Positions 47,696-56,904 of a stretch of 64,000 nt of DNA are shown here, piece by piece. The first letter of the stretch is position 1; each line of letters begins with the position of its first letter. This stretch comes from an uncultured virus (IMG/VR IMGVR_UViG_3300044701_003393) (lineage: Duplodnaviria; Heunggongvirae; Uroviricota; Caudoviricetes). The stretch lies in IMG/VR virus record IMGVR_UViG_3300044701_003393, one strand, 5' to 3'. Under the pieces are notes generated by a model. The model did no database searches and was not told the origin of the DNA. It worked only from the letters and a program-made list of their open reading frames with translations. Both the position numbers and the translations under genes were made by a program.

Positions 47696-47703
47696 TATAA
47701 ATA
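47696..47703 (+). promoter_or_regulatory. Late promoter TATAAATA
   Basis: Exact match 30 nt upstream of the gp4 start. Confidence 0.65.
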
Positions 47704-47732
47704 TTTTTACTGTTATATTATGTATGCTGGAA

Positions 47733-48176
47733 ATGGCAGAAAGTATTAAAAGTATCTACAAACCATCGTATCCAGAAAAATATCAAGGTGACGCAAACAA
47801 TATTATCTGCAGAAGCAGTTGGGAACGTAGGTTCTGTTATTGGTGCGACCACAATCCAAGCATAATTTCTTGGGCTTCTGAAGAGTTTTGTATAGGGTAT
47901 GTGTCTCCGGTTGATAATAGAGTGCATAGATATTTTCCAGATTACTTAATCAAAGTTAAAGAAGCGTCTGGAAAAATTAAAACTTACGTGATTGAGGTAA
48001 AACCGAAAAAACAAACCGTCCCACCAAAACAAAAGTCAAGAGTAACTAAATCTTATCTGCACGAATGTAAAACTTATGCGGTAAATCAAGCAAAGTGGAA
48101 AGCGGCACAAGAGTGGTGTGCGGATAGAATGTTAGAATTCAAAGTAATCACCGAAGAAGACTTAGGTATTAAGTAA
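47733..48176 (+). CDS. Head completion protein gp4
   Basis: RSSWE, WASEE, HRYFPD, IEVKPKKQT, NQAKW; start re-set to MAESIK. Confidence 0.9.
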   Translation: MAESIKSIYKPSYPEKYQGDANNIICRSSWERRFCYWCDHNPSIISWASEEFCIGYVSPVDNRVHRYFPDYLIKVKEASGKIKTYVIEVKPKKQTVPPKQKSRVTKSYLHECKTYAVNQAKWKAAQEWCADRMLEFKVITEEDLGIK

Positions 48177-48565
48177 TGGCAGAAGGTTTTGGAAAGTACG
48201 TAGGAACTGGAACAGTAAGAACAAAAGAACTCTTAAAAAAAGTAGAGCAATTGGGAAGTGGAGATCCAGAAGATATCATGTTAATTATTATGGATATCTT
48301 CAAAGAAGAAGTTCTATATCCAGAACCAGGAAAGTTTTATACTTTCATCTATAACCCAAAAACACCAGATATTGAATACGATCAACATCCATTAATTGCT
48401 TGCACTGAACTTTATGGATGGGGATTTAAAGGATTTAATTTTCACTGGAGACAGGCAAGACAATATACTTGGGAGGAAGTTATCGGAAAACTTCACGTCG
48501 TTAAGTATAACGAGTTGGACGAATTAGTCTCATTGCAATATGGAAAATTCCGTCTAAATAAATAA
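48176..48565 (+). CDS. DNA end protector gp2-like protein
   Basis: PGKFYTFIYNPKT...YDQHPLI...GFNFH. Confidence 0.7.
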   Translation: MAEGFGKYVGTGTVRTKELLKKVEQLGSGDPEDIMLIIMDIFKEEVLYPEPGKFYTFIYNPKTPDIEYDQHPLIACTELYGWGFKGFNFHWRQARQYTWEEVIGKLHVVKYNELDELVSLQYGKFRLNK

Positions 48566-48644
48566 AAGTCCTCTCCATATAAATGTCTCATACTCTACAA
48601 AAAATTGAGATCTTTAATCCTTCAGAAATTTGGAGGAGAGGTTG

Positions 48645-50018
48645 ATGCCTAGTAGCCAACAATGGAATTCTGAAGGTTCTAAAACAAGTACTAGCAAACC
48701 ATTTCCGTTAAAAATAGGAAACTCTACAACAATTTATACAGTAAAGACAGAAACCAATATAACAAACAGTCAAGTAGGAGCGTCAAAATTAACTCTTCAG
48801 GACAGTGTTACTGCAAGAAGCGGAAAGACTGATAGAGCATTAGCTACTTCTACTGATGGAGGAAAATCATGGTCTCCCACAAAAGACGCAAGTGGAAATA
48901 ATATTTTAACACAAGATCAATTAAAATCACTTCAACCAGGAGGTGCTTTAAATAATGCAGTAAAAAGCACCGCTCAGATAGATGCAAAGGCAAATGGTGC
49001 TTCTCCCCAACAGTTAAATCAACTAAGTAATGGGAATGCAGCAGCAACTGCAGAAGGTACTGGAGCAACGAATGAACCTCAACAAACAGTAGATTTAAAT
49101 CAGGCTCAAGATAATTTGAAAAAATTAACAATTGGAGACAGCAGTGAAACAAGAAAAGTTTCTGAATATCCAGCAGGTCTATACTTAAAGTACCCAATAG
49201 GTTTAGATACAAATAAACAAGATTATATAAGATTTACAATGTTGGAATATGCTCCAAAAAATATAAATTTAACTGGAATTGCAAAAGGAGACCCTTTCGG
49301 AGAAAGATCAACTGAAGGAAAAAGAAGAGGAAGTTCAGTAATTCTCCCAATTCAACCAAGTATTTCAGATTCAAATACAGTTCAATGGGGATCTGATGAA
49401 ATGAACGCCGCACAGGCAATCGCTGCAGCAGGTGCTTTAGGAACAATTACGGGAGGAGCAGAAGGAGCTGGTCAAGCAATTCAAGCATCTGCAGATCTTT
49501 TAACTGGAGCATCTCAAGATATAAAAACTGCATTTGCTGCAGGTTTTGCAGATAAAGCAGCAGGAACAAAAGGTCTTCTAACAAGAACCACTGGTGGAAT
49601 TATAAATCCAAATATGGAACTTTTATTCCAAGGTCCAAATTTAAGAGGGTTTAACTTTACATTCAGTTTATCTGCTAGAGAACCAGATGAAGCAAAAAGA
49701 ATTAGAAATATTATTAGATTTTTTAAACAAGGAATGTCAGTAAAAAGAGCAAGCACTGGACTATTCTTGAAATCACCTAACACATTTGAGATTAAATATA
49801 TGATAGGAACAAAAGAACATCCTTGGATTAACAAAATCAAAGAATGTGCTCTCACTTCATTCAATGTCAATTATACTCCTGCAGGAAACTATGCAACTTT
49901 TTATGATGGTGCAATGACGCAATACGATATATCAATGCAATTCTCAGAACTTGAACCGGTTTATGATGATGACTATGGTAAGGGATCAACAACATTTGAA
50001 TCAGAAATAGGTTACTAA
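48645..50018 (+). CDS. Baseplate tail tube cap gp48
   Basis: NPNMELLFQGP.LRGFNF, FSELEP; GGAGG RBS before ATG 48645. Confidence 0.85.
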   Translation: MPSSQQWNSEGSKTSTSKPFPLKIGNSTTIYTVKTETNITNSQVGASKLTLQDSVTARSGKTDRALATSTDGGKSWSPTKDASGNNILTQDQLKSLQPGGALNNAVKSTAQIDAKANGASPQQLNQLSNGNAAATAEGTGATNEPQQTVDLNQAQDNLKKLTIGDSSETRKVSEYPAGLYLKYPIGLDTNKQDYIRFTMLEYAPKNINLTGIAKGDPFGERSTEGKRRGSSVILPIQPSISDSNTVQWGSDEMNAAQAIAAAGALGTITGGAEGAGQAIQASADLLTGASQDIKTAFAAGFADKAAGTKGLLTRTTGGIINPNMELLFQGPNLRGFNFTFSLSAREPDEAKRIRNIIRFFKQGMSVKRASTGLFLKSPNTFEIKYMIGTKEHPWINKIKECALTSFNVNYTPAGNYATFYDGAMTQYDISMQFSELEPVYDDDYGKGSTTFESEIGY

Positions 50019-50020
50019 AA

Positions 50021-50686
50021 ATGGCATTCTACTTCAGATCAGTTCCAAACTTCGCTTATATTAATCGAGTAAAAGATGAAAAAAATCTTTCAGATTACAC
50101 TGTTGTAAAAAATCTTTTCAAAAGAGCAAAACTTCGTGATGATATTTTTCAAAATCTAGCATACTTTGAAAAATATCAAATTATTGGAGATGAAAGACCC
50201 GATAATGTTGCATTCAAAATTTATGATGATGAAACCCTAGATTGGATAGTTCTTCTTTCCAATAACATACTTGACGTAAAAACAGAATGGCCCATGACTC
50301 AAAGAACATTTGATAAGTATGTCCTAGACAAATACAATGACTATAATACTCTTTATAATGGAATTAAATATTATAAGACTACAGAAATTATAGACTCCAA
50401 TGGAACTATAATTATTCCAGAAGGTCTAATTGTTGATGAAAAATTCAGTCTTCAATACTATGATAACGGTGAATATAAGGATGCAAAAGATTTTGCGATT
50501 CCAGTCACAAATTACGAGTATGAAGTTGAGTTGGAAGAAAAGAAAAGAAATATCTACGTTCTCAAATCAAGATACTTAAGTATTGTATTTGATGATATTG
50601 CAGAGATTATGCCATACAAAAAAGGTTCTCAGCAGTATGTTGCTGAGAACCTTAAGAAAGGAGATAATATTAGACTCTTTGAATAA
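50021..50686 (+). CDS. Baseplate wedge gp53
   Basis: KNLFKR, ERPDNVA, WIVLLSN, VTNYEYE. Confidence 0.88.
   Translation: MAFYFRSVPNFAYINRVKDEKNLSDYTVVKNLFKRAKLRDDIFQNLAYFEKYQIIGDERPDNVAFKIYDDETLDWIVLLSNNILDVKTEWPMTQRTFDKYVLDKYNDYNTLYNGIKYYKTTEIIDSNGTIIIPEGLIVDEKFSLQYYDNGEYKDAKDFAIPVTNYEYEVELEEKKRNIYVLKSRYLSIVFDDIAEIMPYKKGSQQYVAENLKKGDNIRLFE
50618..50653 (-). terminator. Intrinsic terminator for gp32, embedded in the gp53 coding end
   Basis: 13-bp perfect inverted repeat AAGGTTCTCAGCA/TGCTGAGAACCTT followed by a T run on the minus strand. Confidence 0.7.
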
Positions 50687-51631
50687 TCACTCTTCAGCAA
50701 GACGCTGGAAGTAAGAGAGAGCATCATCCTCATCATCATCCTGAGCGATCTTAGGAAGTGAAGGAGACTTAGAACGAGCATAAGATTGCTCCAGTTCCTC
50801 TACGACACGACTCTCAGCAGTCGGTTTTTCTGCATAAGATTCATACTCATCTTCCTCCTCCATTACAGCACGGGAACGTGCAGGAGAAGAAGTTTGAAGA
50901 CCCAGAACAACGTTCATACGTGCTTCCAGTTCTTCATAGGACTTAAACTGATCGGGAGCAGTTACTGCTGCCAGAGAATACTCTTTCTTCCAGATGGCTT
51001 CCAGAGCATCGTCATCATCCAGTAGTGGTTCAACAGAACCAAATTCTGACTTGTCGTAATTCCAGTACCCATCTTTCTTAACGATTTTGAGTTTGAAATT
51101 CGCACCCTGCCAGAAGTCAAAAGGATTGATAGGAGTTTCATCCTCAAACTCAGGTTGCATTGCTTCCATAATCTTGTCAAAGATCTTCTTGCCGTATTTA
51201 AACAGGAAGACTTTACCTTCGTTTTGAGGATTGGTAGGGTCTTTTACAACATAAATGTTGCTGTAATAAGACAGTTTACGCTTCTGCTTACGAACAGTTT
51301 CTTTATCTTTATCGCTACCACTGTTCCACAGTTTGCGATTGTATTCGGAAACAGGATCTTTCTGACCTAGAGTAGTCAGAGAGTTTTCAATGTACCAACC
51401 ACCAGGACCTTGAAAACCATGAGAATAAATCTTTGCCCAGGGAACATCTTCACCCTCAGGAGCAGGAAGGAAACGAATCACTGCAAAACCGTTTCCAGTT
51501 TTATCAAGTTCGGGTTTCCAGAGACGATCATCTTCACCACCGCTGGTGGCACTCATTTTTTCAACTTCTTTGACTAGTTTAGCAGTCAAAGAACCAAGTT
51601 TGGATTGCTTTTTTAGATCTGAAAAAGACAT
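50687..51631 (-). CDS. Single-stranded DNA-binding protein gp32
   Basis: AVIRFLP, WYIENSLTT, FKYGKKIFDKI, NYDKSEF, acidic tail; start MSFSDLKK. Confidence 0.95.
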   Translation of the reverse strand: MSFSDLKKQSKLGSLTAKLVKEVEKMSATSGGEDDRLWKPELDKTGNGFAVIRFLPAPEGEDVPWAKIYSHGFQGPGGWYIENSLTTLGQKDPVSEYNRKLWNSGSDKDKETVRKQKRKLSYYSNIYVVKDPTNPQNEGKVFLFKYGKKIFDKIMEAMQPEFEDETPINPFDFWQGANFKLKIVKKDGYWNYDKSEFGSVEPLLDDDDALEAIWKKEYSLAAVTAPDQFKSYEELEARMNVVLGLQTSSPARSRAVMEEEDEYESYAEKPTAESRVVEELEQSYARSKSPSLPKIAQDDDEDDALSYFQRLAEE

Positions 51632-51695
51632 TAGATTTCTCCGTATTAATTGGATTTGGCTTTTGGGACTTTGCTTAAGGGATCGTCCAGCCCAT

Positions 51696-51724
51696 ATTCT
51701 ATCAGTCTGGGTCGTGCTTGTCAA
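51696..51724 (-). promoter_or_regulatory. Sigma70-type promoter for gp32
   Basis: TTGACA-17 nt-TAGAAT. Confidence 0.75.
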
Positions 51725-52043
51725 TCTGTTCCTTCATCATCTCAAGCATCCTAGACATATTGTTAAGAATGATATTCATATCAGTACCCGGAGGCATACC
51801 CATCATCATTGCAGATTCAACAATACGATCTTTCATCTGCTGTGCTTCGGGGTCATCAGACAAACTCATTCTCGTATAGAGAACTTTTTGTTTTTCTAAA
51901 AGACGTTCAAGAAGTTCAACATGATCCAGTCGTTCTTCCTTAGTCATTGTAGGAAACTTGAAGATGTTCGAATAAATTTCTTCTTGCATCTCTGATATTT
52001 CAGTCATCTCAGCACGGACAACTTCTGAACTAAAGAAACTCAT
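51702..52043 (-). CDS. DUF1825-like protein
   Basis: MSFFSSEVV...R.SLSDDP.A motif. Confidence 0.7.
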   Translation of the reverse strand: MSFFSSEVVRAEMTEISEMQEEIYSNIFKFPTMTKEERLDHVELLERLLEKQKVLYTRMSLSDDPEAQQMKDRIVESAMMMGMPPGTDMNIILNNMSRMLEMMKEQIDKHDPD

Positions 52044-52636
52044 GAACCCTCCAAAACGATTTCTTTTAAAATTTTACGAAACCGAAATACATCAATATTT
52101 AGAAATGGATTATATTTTTTAACCCTACGACTGACGGTTTCCCACACTGGATCCTTAAGTTTCTTATCAAAATTCTTTGAGTAAGAAAAGATTTTATCGT
52201 AGATGACAAGTGTTTCCAAACTTACTTTACCAGTTAGAAACTTTTTAAGAAGAGGAGGATGTCCTTTGGAACAACTAAAAACTTCTTGAAATTTATTTTC
52301 TTCAAATAAAGATTCACTTTCTTCTTTAAAGAGATAAGAAAGAGATTGAATTTTCTTTTGCCAATTTTGATATCTATCTTCTCCTTCTTTAATCATCTCA
52401 CCAATCCAGAGAGTTTCTGGATCATTACAGGAGACGAAATTAGCAACAAAAAAATCTACAACTTCCTGATCTGTTTTTTGTCTTGCAACTTTCTCAAACC
52501 ACATTCGGTCTTTTCGTTTGTAAAAAGATTGAAGAGTGGCACGACTTTTACCACAATATTTAAAGTAATCATAACTGTCCTTGGTGAAATGATTCTTCAA
52601 GGACAGATAAGTTTTATAAGAATCGAATGGCATCAT
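52040..52636 (-). CDS. Helicase loader gp59
   Basis: YLSLKNHF, YDYFKY.GK, FYKRKD; synteny gp33-gp59-gp32. Confidence 0.85.
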   Translation of the reverse strand: MMPFDSYKTYLSLKNHFTKDSYDYFKYCGKSRATLQSFYKRKDRMWFEKVARQKTDQEVVDFFVANFVSCNDPETLWIGEMIKEGEDRYQNWQKKIQSLSYLFKEESESLFEENKFQEVFSCSKGHPPLLKKFLTGKVSLETLVIYDKIFSYSKNFDKKLKDPVWETVSRRVKKYNPFLNIDVFRFRKILKEIVLEGS

Positions 52637-52639
52637 TCA

Positions 52640-52897
52640 TCAAAGAGGTAGTTTTGCACGGGAACTCTTTTTTAAGAAGTTGAGTTCCATTGCTTCATAC
52701 TTAATTTTTTCTTTCAGGGGTTTTGAAATGAGTTTAGGAACTGATTCCAAATCGATATTATTATGTTCGCAAAAATGAATAATCGCGTCAATATAATTCA
52801 TTTCGATATTCACCTGAACGAGATTCTCAATCTCCTGAGCGAACCGCGAAGGACAGAAAAATTTACTTTCTAGTACTTTCTCTAACTCATTCTCCAT
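52640..52897 (-). CDS. Late transcription coactivator gp33
   Basis: YIDAI, LKEKIKYEA, LPL terminus. Confidence 0.85.
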   Translation of the reverse strand: MENELEKVLESKFFCPSRFAQEIENLVQVNIEMNYIDAIIHFCEHNNIDLESVPKLISKPLKEKIKYEAMELNFLKKSSRAKLPL

Positions 52898-53567
52898 CTG
52901 GCCTAGTACTGTGAGATACAAATTCTTTAATATAGCGAACTAGTAGTTTAATATACTCGCCTTTGTTTCTTTTGTCAAATACTTTCACTTCTCCACCAGG
53001 AGTCACCATTAATGTGATTAACTTTTTAATTGGTTTACCAGTCATTTCATAATAAGCAGATGCATAAAACATCTCTTGGACGAAATAGTTCTCAATCCAT
53101 TCTTCTGGTTTAATTTTTTCTGAAGTTTTAAAGTCTATAACCGCAAGTTCACCTTCATACTCAGCGATACAATCAACTCGTCCAGCAAGTCCAAAATACT
53201 GAGAGTATAAAGTTCTTTCAATTGCGTGAATATTATTTATCTTATCAAGTTCAGGTTTCAAATGATGAAACATAAACTTTGTCAGAGGTTGATAATCATC
53301 CCAGTTCAGTTCTTTGTTTTCAAGATAGTCTTGACAGACTTGGTGAAAATCAGTTCCTCTTGTTGTTGCTCTCTTCGTAATACGATTTGCTTCTTCTAGT
53401 CCAACTCTCTTTCGCCAGTTAATAAAGATCTGACGATTATAAAATGAAGTGACCGAAGTGATAGAAGGCACCCACTGCCCGTCAGGAAGATGGTAGAGGC
53501 GGATGCCATTCTGTTCTTTCTTTTCTAATTCAATATCACCTAGAAAATTATGATGAATAAATGTCAT
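52887..53567 (-). CDS. PD-(D/E)XK exonuclease
   Basis: PSITSV, RGT.FH, AGRVDC, IDFKTS, Q...Y. Confidence 0.85.
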   Translation of the reverse strand: MTFIHHNFLGDIELEKKEQNGIRLYHLPDGQWVPSITSVTSFYNRQIFINWRKRVGLEEANRITKRATTRGTDFHQVCQDYLENKELNWDDYQPLTKFMFHHLKPELDKINNIHAIERTLYSQYFGLAGRVDCIAEYEGELAVIDFKTSEKIKPEEWIENYFVQEMFYASAYYEMTGKPIKKLITLMVTPGGEVKVFDKRNKGEYIKLLVRYIKEFVSHSTRPDGE

Positions 53568-54319
53568 AGATTCATTTCCATTTTTGCAAGAATATATTCC
53601 TTCACGAATCCAGAGCGAACAATATCTTCAACACCAAATTCAATAATATCAATCGAGGGCATCACCCGAAGAATCTTCATAAAGTCAACGATGCCATTCT
53701 TCTCATTTGACTTAATCAAGTCTGATTGAGTTGCATCACCGCAGAACATAATCTTGGAGTTTTCTCCAACACGAGTGATGATAGAGTCAAGTTCATGGAA
53801 GTTAAGATTTTGGAATTCATCTACGATTATAATTGCATTATCCAGAGTAGTTCCGCGAATAAAAGAAGTACTCCAAAAACTAATCGTTCCTTGAGTTTTG
53901 AGGTTTCCATAGAGCATCTCAAAATCTGCGTCTGTGGGGAGTTGGAACATATACTTCACCATATTCTTATAAGGAATTTGGTAAAGAGAGGACTTGTCTT
54001 CATGATCTCCAGGAAGAAATCCAATCTCACGGGTGGCAACAAGAGACCTTACGATATAAATTTTTTCATAAGGACTTCTTTCGTCCAATACATCACAGAG
54101 AGCATTATAGAGTGTGATGAAAGTTTTACCTGTTCCAGCACATCCATAAGCAACGATATTTTGATTTGCTTCATATGCTTTGTAGAGAAGTTTTTGATTA
54201 TCCGTAAGAGGTTCAATCTCTCGTATCAAATCAGCATTGATTGGTTTCTTACGCTTCATTTGTTTTGCGGTAAGTCCAACACCAATTGGTTGGTCTTCTA
54301 CTCTTTTTCTTCTTGCCAT
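53564..54319 (-). CDS. phoH: PhoH family ATPase
   Basis: GCAGTGKT, GFLPG, RGTTL, DEFQN, GD..QSD. Confidence 0.95.
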   Translation of the reverse strand: MARRKRVEDQPIGVGLTAKQMKRKKPINADLIREIEPLTDNQKLLYKAYEANQNIVAYGCAGTGKTFITLYNALCDVLDERSPYEKIYIVRSLVATREIGFLPGDHEDKSSLYQIPYKNMVKYMFQLPTDADFEMLYGNLKTQGTISFWSTSFIRGTTLDNAIIIVDEFQNLNFHELDSIITRVGENSKIMFCGDATQSDLIKSNEKNGIVDFMKILRVMPSIDIIEFGVEDIVRSGFVKEYILAKMEMNL

Positions 54320-54325
54320 ATGTAA

Positions 54326-54568
54326 TTAGATTTTTTTGACTTTTGAACCAGGCATCTTGGCAGCACGACCAAGAACTTCATTCCATCCAGGATTTTTGGA
54401 GATTAGCTTATTTTGCCAATCTCCAACTTCTCCTGGACTCGCACATCCTTCAGACCAATCCCGTTGCCACTCTGGATTGTCTTTATACCATTGAGTAATT
54501 TCATGAACGCTCATTTCAATTACTTTCTTTTCACCCGTTTCTTTATGAATGATTGGATAAATTGCCAA
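54326..54568 (-). CDS. Conserved hypothetical protein
   Basis: 80-aa ORF between thyX and phoH, typical position in T4-like cyanophages. Confidence 0.7.
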   Translation of the reverse strand: MAIYPIIHKETGEKKVIEMSVHEITQWYKDNPEWQRDWSEGCASPGEVGDWQNKLISKNPGWNEVLGRAAKMPGSKVKKI

Positions 54569-54597
54569 CTCTATTCCTCCATTTTATATGTCAGTAT

Positions 54598-55320
54598 TTA
54601 GTCTATACGAACTGATGGTTGAATACTTTCACAATCAGCACAGTTATCACGATTCCAATTAAGAGCAGCAGAAACTGCTGGGAATTGACAAGTAAAAATA
54701 CAACGAATTGCCTCAGCAATATCCATATGTTCCTTCTGTGTACCATGACCTGCTCTCAAATCAATGTAGTGAATCCAAGACCTCACAGAACCCGTCATAT
54801 AGAGGCGTGTAGGGGTCGCTAAGGGTAGTACGAACCTAGCACACTCCTTTGCTACTCCCTTCTCCAGAAGGCGGTTGTAGACCCTCTGAGACTGTTCGAA
54901 TAGAACGCGGATATCTTCCAGTAGAGTAAGCTTCATGTAGTCTGGAAGGTCGTCAATTGAGTTCTGACGGTTCTTCGTATCTTGACGACGAAGTTCAGGA
55001 AGAGGGATAGATTCGTTTAGAAGATTGGTATCAGCGTAGCGTTGAGAAAACTCCTGAAAAGTGAATGACCTATGACGCAAAATCTGAGCTGCAATACCTC
55101 TTGTAGTATTGATTTCTACAGTCATAGATGCTTGCTCGAAGATACTCCAGTGCTGATGTTTAATACAATACTTAAGCAATCCATCAAAACTTTCATTGTC
55201 CTGATTCTTTGGGTTAGAAACGCGGGCACAATACGCCATGTGTTTCTCTGCATCTGGGGTAACAGACACCAGTTTTACCTCTGGTTTCATAAATTCGAAT
55301 TCTTCAAACATGTCCTTCAC
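54598..55320 (-). CDS. thyX: Flavin-dependent thymidylate synthase
   Basis: RHRSFTFQEFSQRY, ECARFVLP, HWSIFE. Confidence 0.95.
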   Translation of the reverse strand: MKDMFEEFEFMKPEVKLVSVTPDAEKHMAYCARVSNPKNQDNESFDGLLKYCIKHQHWSIFEQASMTVEINTTRGIAAQILRHRSFTFQEFSQRYADTNLLNESIPLPELRRQDTKNRQNSIDDLPDYMKLTLLEDIRVLFEQSQRVYNRLLEKGVAKECARFVLPLATPTRLYMTGSVRSWIHYIDLRAGHGTQKEHMDIAEAIRCIFTCQFPAVSAALNWNRDNCADCESIQPSVRID

Positions 55321-55556
55321 AGTCCATCTCCATCATCGTCGTTTGTTAGTTTGTATTTTTTGTTGACCCTTACTGATCCAAATACATCATCTTCCTCTTC
55401 ATCATAAAAGACTTCATCATAATCATCAATATAAGGAGCAATCTCCTCATACTGAGGTTTATATGAATTAACATCAGAATAGACTTCTGACTTCAAACAG
55501 TCTACAAGAGACTCTAGGTTTCTGATGATTAACTTAAGATTTTCTTTATCCATCAT
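55317..55556 (-). CDS. Acidic hypothetical protein
   Basis: ORF directly after a sigma70 promoter and RBS. Confidence 0.7.
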   Translation of the reverse strand: MMDKENLKLIIRNLESLVDCLKSEVYSDVNSYKPQYEEIAPYIDDYDEVFYDEEEDDVFGSVRVNKKYKLTNDDDGDGL

Positions 55557-55576
55557 GATTAACCCTCACAAAGGTA

Positions 55577-55605
55577 ATTATACATAAAAAAAGAGAGGGA
55601 GTCAA
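55577..55605 (-). promoter_or_regulatory. Sigma70 promoter overlapping a terminator
   Basis: TTGACT-17 nt-TATAAT. Confidence 0.8.
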
Positions 55606-55615
55606 GTCCCTCTCT
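55586..55615 (-). terminator. Intrinsic terminator
   Basis: AGAGAGGGA-N6-TCCCTCTCT followed by a T run. Confidence 0.8.
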
Positions 55616-55621
55616 GATTTA

Positions 55622-55723
55622 TTAAGCAACTTGTGGTTGCTTAGCCATATTCAATTGTGCGTTATGAAGGAGTTGTTCCTTCTTTGCTTTTTTCTTAAGG
55701 TAACGAACGAAGTAAGTGTTCAT
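55622..55723 (-). CDS. Small basic peptide (33 aa)
   Basis: MNTYFVRYLKKKAKKEQLLHNAQLNMAKQPQVA; GGAGG RBS; ATGA overlap with the upstream ORF. Confidence 0.6.
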   Translation of the reverse strand: MNTYFVRYLKKKAKKEQLLHNAQLNMAKQPQVA

Positions 55724-55857
55724 TTGTGTCCCTCCTTTACAAACTTAACACCACGATAGGTTTCGTTGTATTGTTGGGGTTGTTGCATCATTTGCTGTTG
55801 ATATGCAATACGCTTTTGCGTATCATATTCAACGCCACGATATACTACTTTAGACAT
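55720..55857 (-). CDS. DUF4278-like peptide (45 aa)
   Basis: MSKVVYRGVEY...TYRGVKF double YRG motif; AAGGAG RBS. Confidence 0.8.
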   Translation of the reverse strand: MSKVVYRGVEYDTQKRIAYQQQMMQQPQQYNETYRGVKFVKEGHK

Positions 55858-55887
55858 TAGGTTTTCTCCTTAGTTTTTTAGGTTAAA

Positions 55888-55976
55888 GAGCGTTCCTTCA
55901 GTCGGCGTTTGCGTCGGTTTCCCGATGAACGTTCCGTTCCGCGTCGGCTTACTTCCGTCCCATAGGGATGAACGTA
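55888..55976 (-). ncRNA. Tandem glutamine riboswitch (glnA-motif-like)
   Basis: Two CGTTCA-hairpin...GGAACG units with CGGAAGTA and GAAGGAACG segments, upstream of the DUF4278 ORF. Confidence 0.8.
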
Positions 55977-55981
55977 GGATC

Positions 55982-56032
55982 ATTATAGACCCGTTGGTTT
56001 ATATATGCAACTAACTTTGTAACATTTGTTAC
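55982..56032 (-). promoter_or_regulatory. Promoter TTGCAT-17-TATAAT with upstream NtcA-type box
   Basis: GTA-N8-TAC palindrome at 56019-56032. Confidence 0.6.
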
Positions 56033-56355
56033 CGTTCTATGTAACTCAATGTATGATTAGATGCATAAAGTTGCTGAATGATAATATCACAACCAATCTT
56101 TGGATTACAATCACCACAAGTATAAACATCCACTGCTGCTTTACCTTCCTCAGGCCATGTATGGATACTGATATGACTTTCAGACAACAAGCAAATCACA
56201 GTGACTCCCTGTGGATGAAACTTCTTTGAAATGGTCTGAACTACAGTAGCACCACTTGCAGCTGCTGCGTTTTCTAATAAGTCTATAAGACAACGCTCGT
56301 CGTCCAAAAGGACAAACGAGCATCCATACAAGTTAAGTAAGTAATGCTTCCCCAT
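56029..56355 (-). CDS. speD: S-adenosylmethionine decarboxylase
   Basis: LSESHISIHTWPE, DVYTCG. Confidence 0.95.
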   Translation of the reverse strand: MGKHYLLNLYGCSFVLLDDERCLIDLLENAAAASGATVVQTISKKFHPQGVTVICLLSESHISIHTWPEEGKAAVDVYTCGDCNPKIGCDIIIQQLYASNHTLSYIER

Positions 56356-56356
56356 T

Positions 56357-56569
56357 TTACAGTGGATTCTCCTCCGCTTCCTTAATCAATGAACTCACAA
56401 TCTCTTCTGTGCCGTCCATTGTTTTAACAGCATATAAAGGAGACTTCATATATTTTTTAATCTTTTTATATTTTTTTAGAACATGATCAATGTTATCTAA
56501 ATCAATAGTAATTTTTGCATCCTTTCCAAGTCTACCTTGATTAGGATCTCCACCAAATCCAGCACTCAT
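56357..56569 (-). CDS. Hypothetical protein
   Basis: In-operon ORF. Confidence 0.6.
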   Translation of the reverse strand: MSAGFGGDPNQGRLGKDAKITIDLDNIDHVLKKYKKIKKYMKSPLYAVKTMDGTEEIVSSLIKEAEENPL

Positions 56570-56904
56570 TTTCTTTTCTTTTTCTCAGGTTGTTTATATC
56601 CCCAAAGTTTGGGATTTATTCTGCCATATCCAAAATCAATTTTTTGAACTGCACCTGGACCATATTTGTCATAGTACATATCAAATAAATTTACTCTTTT
56701 GGGGCATCTGACAAGATCTATATGAGTTTCTCCATCAGAAGTATACCAAATTAAATATGCATCATTTGGAAAAGATGGATCCTTGACTTTATCAATAGTT
56801 GTTTTTTCAAGTAAAACTTCACATCCATACTCATGTGGCAGAACTTGATTTTCTTTTTTTGATGATCCTGCCATTTTTTTTCTTTCCCCCACAACTACTG
56901 TCAT
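56566..56904 (-). CDS. Conserved cyanophage hypothetical protein
   Basis: FDMYYDKY...GYGRINPKLWG; start uncertain. Confidence 0.65.
   Translation of the reverse strand: MTVVVGERKKMAGSSKKENQVLPHEYGCEVLLEKTTIDKVKDPSFPNDAYLIWYTSDGETHIDLVRCPKRVNLFDMYYDKYGPGAVQKIDFGYGRINPKLWGYKQPEKKKRK

Noticed and set aside
47733..48176. TnsA-like motifs suggesting a Tn7 element
   Set aside because: This is T4 gp4 in its normal gp4-gp2-gp48-gp53 context.
52887..53567. Cas4-like nuclease as a CRISPR component
   Set aside because: Standard exonuclease position next to phoH and gp33; no array or other cas genes.
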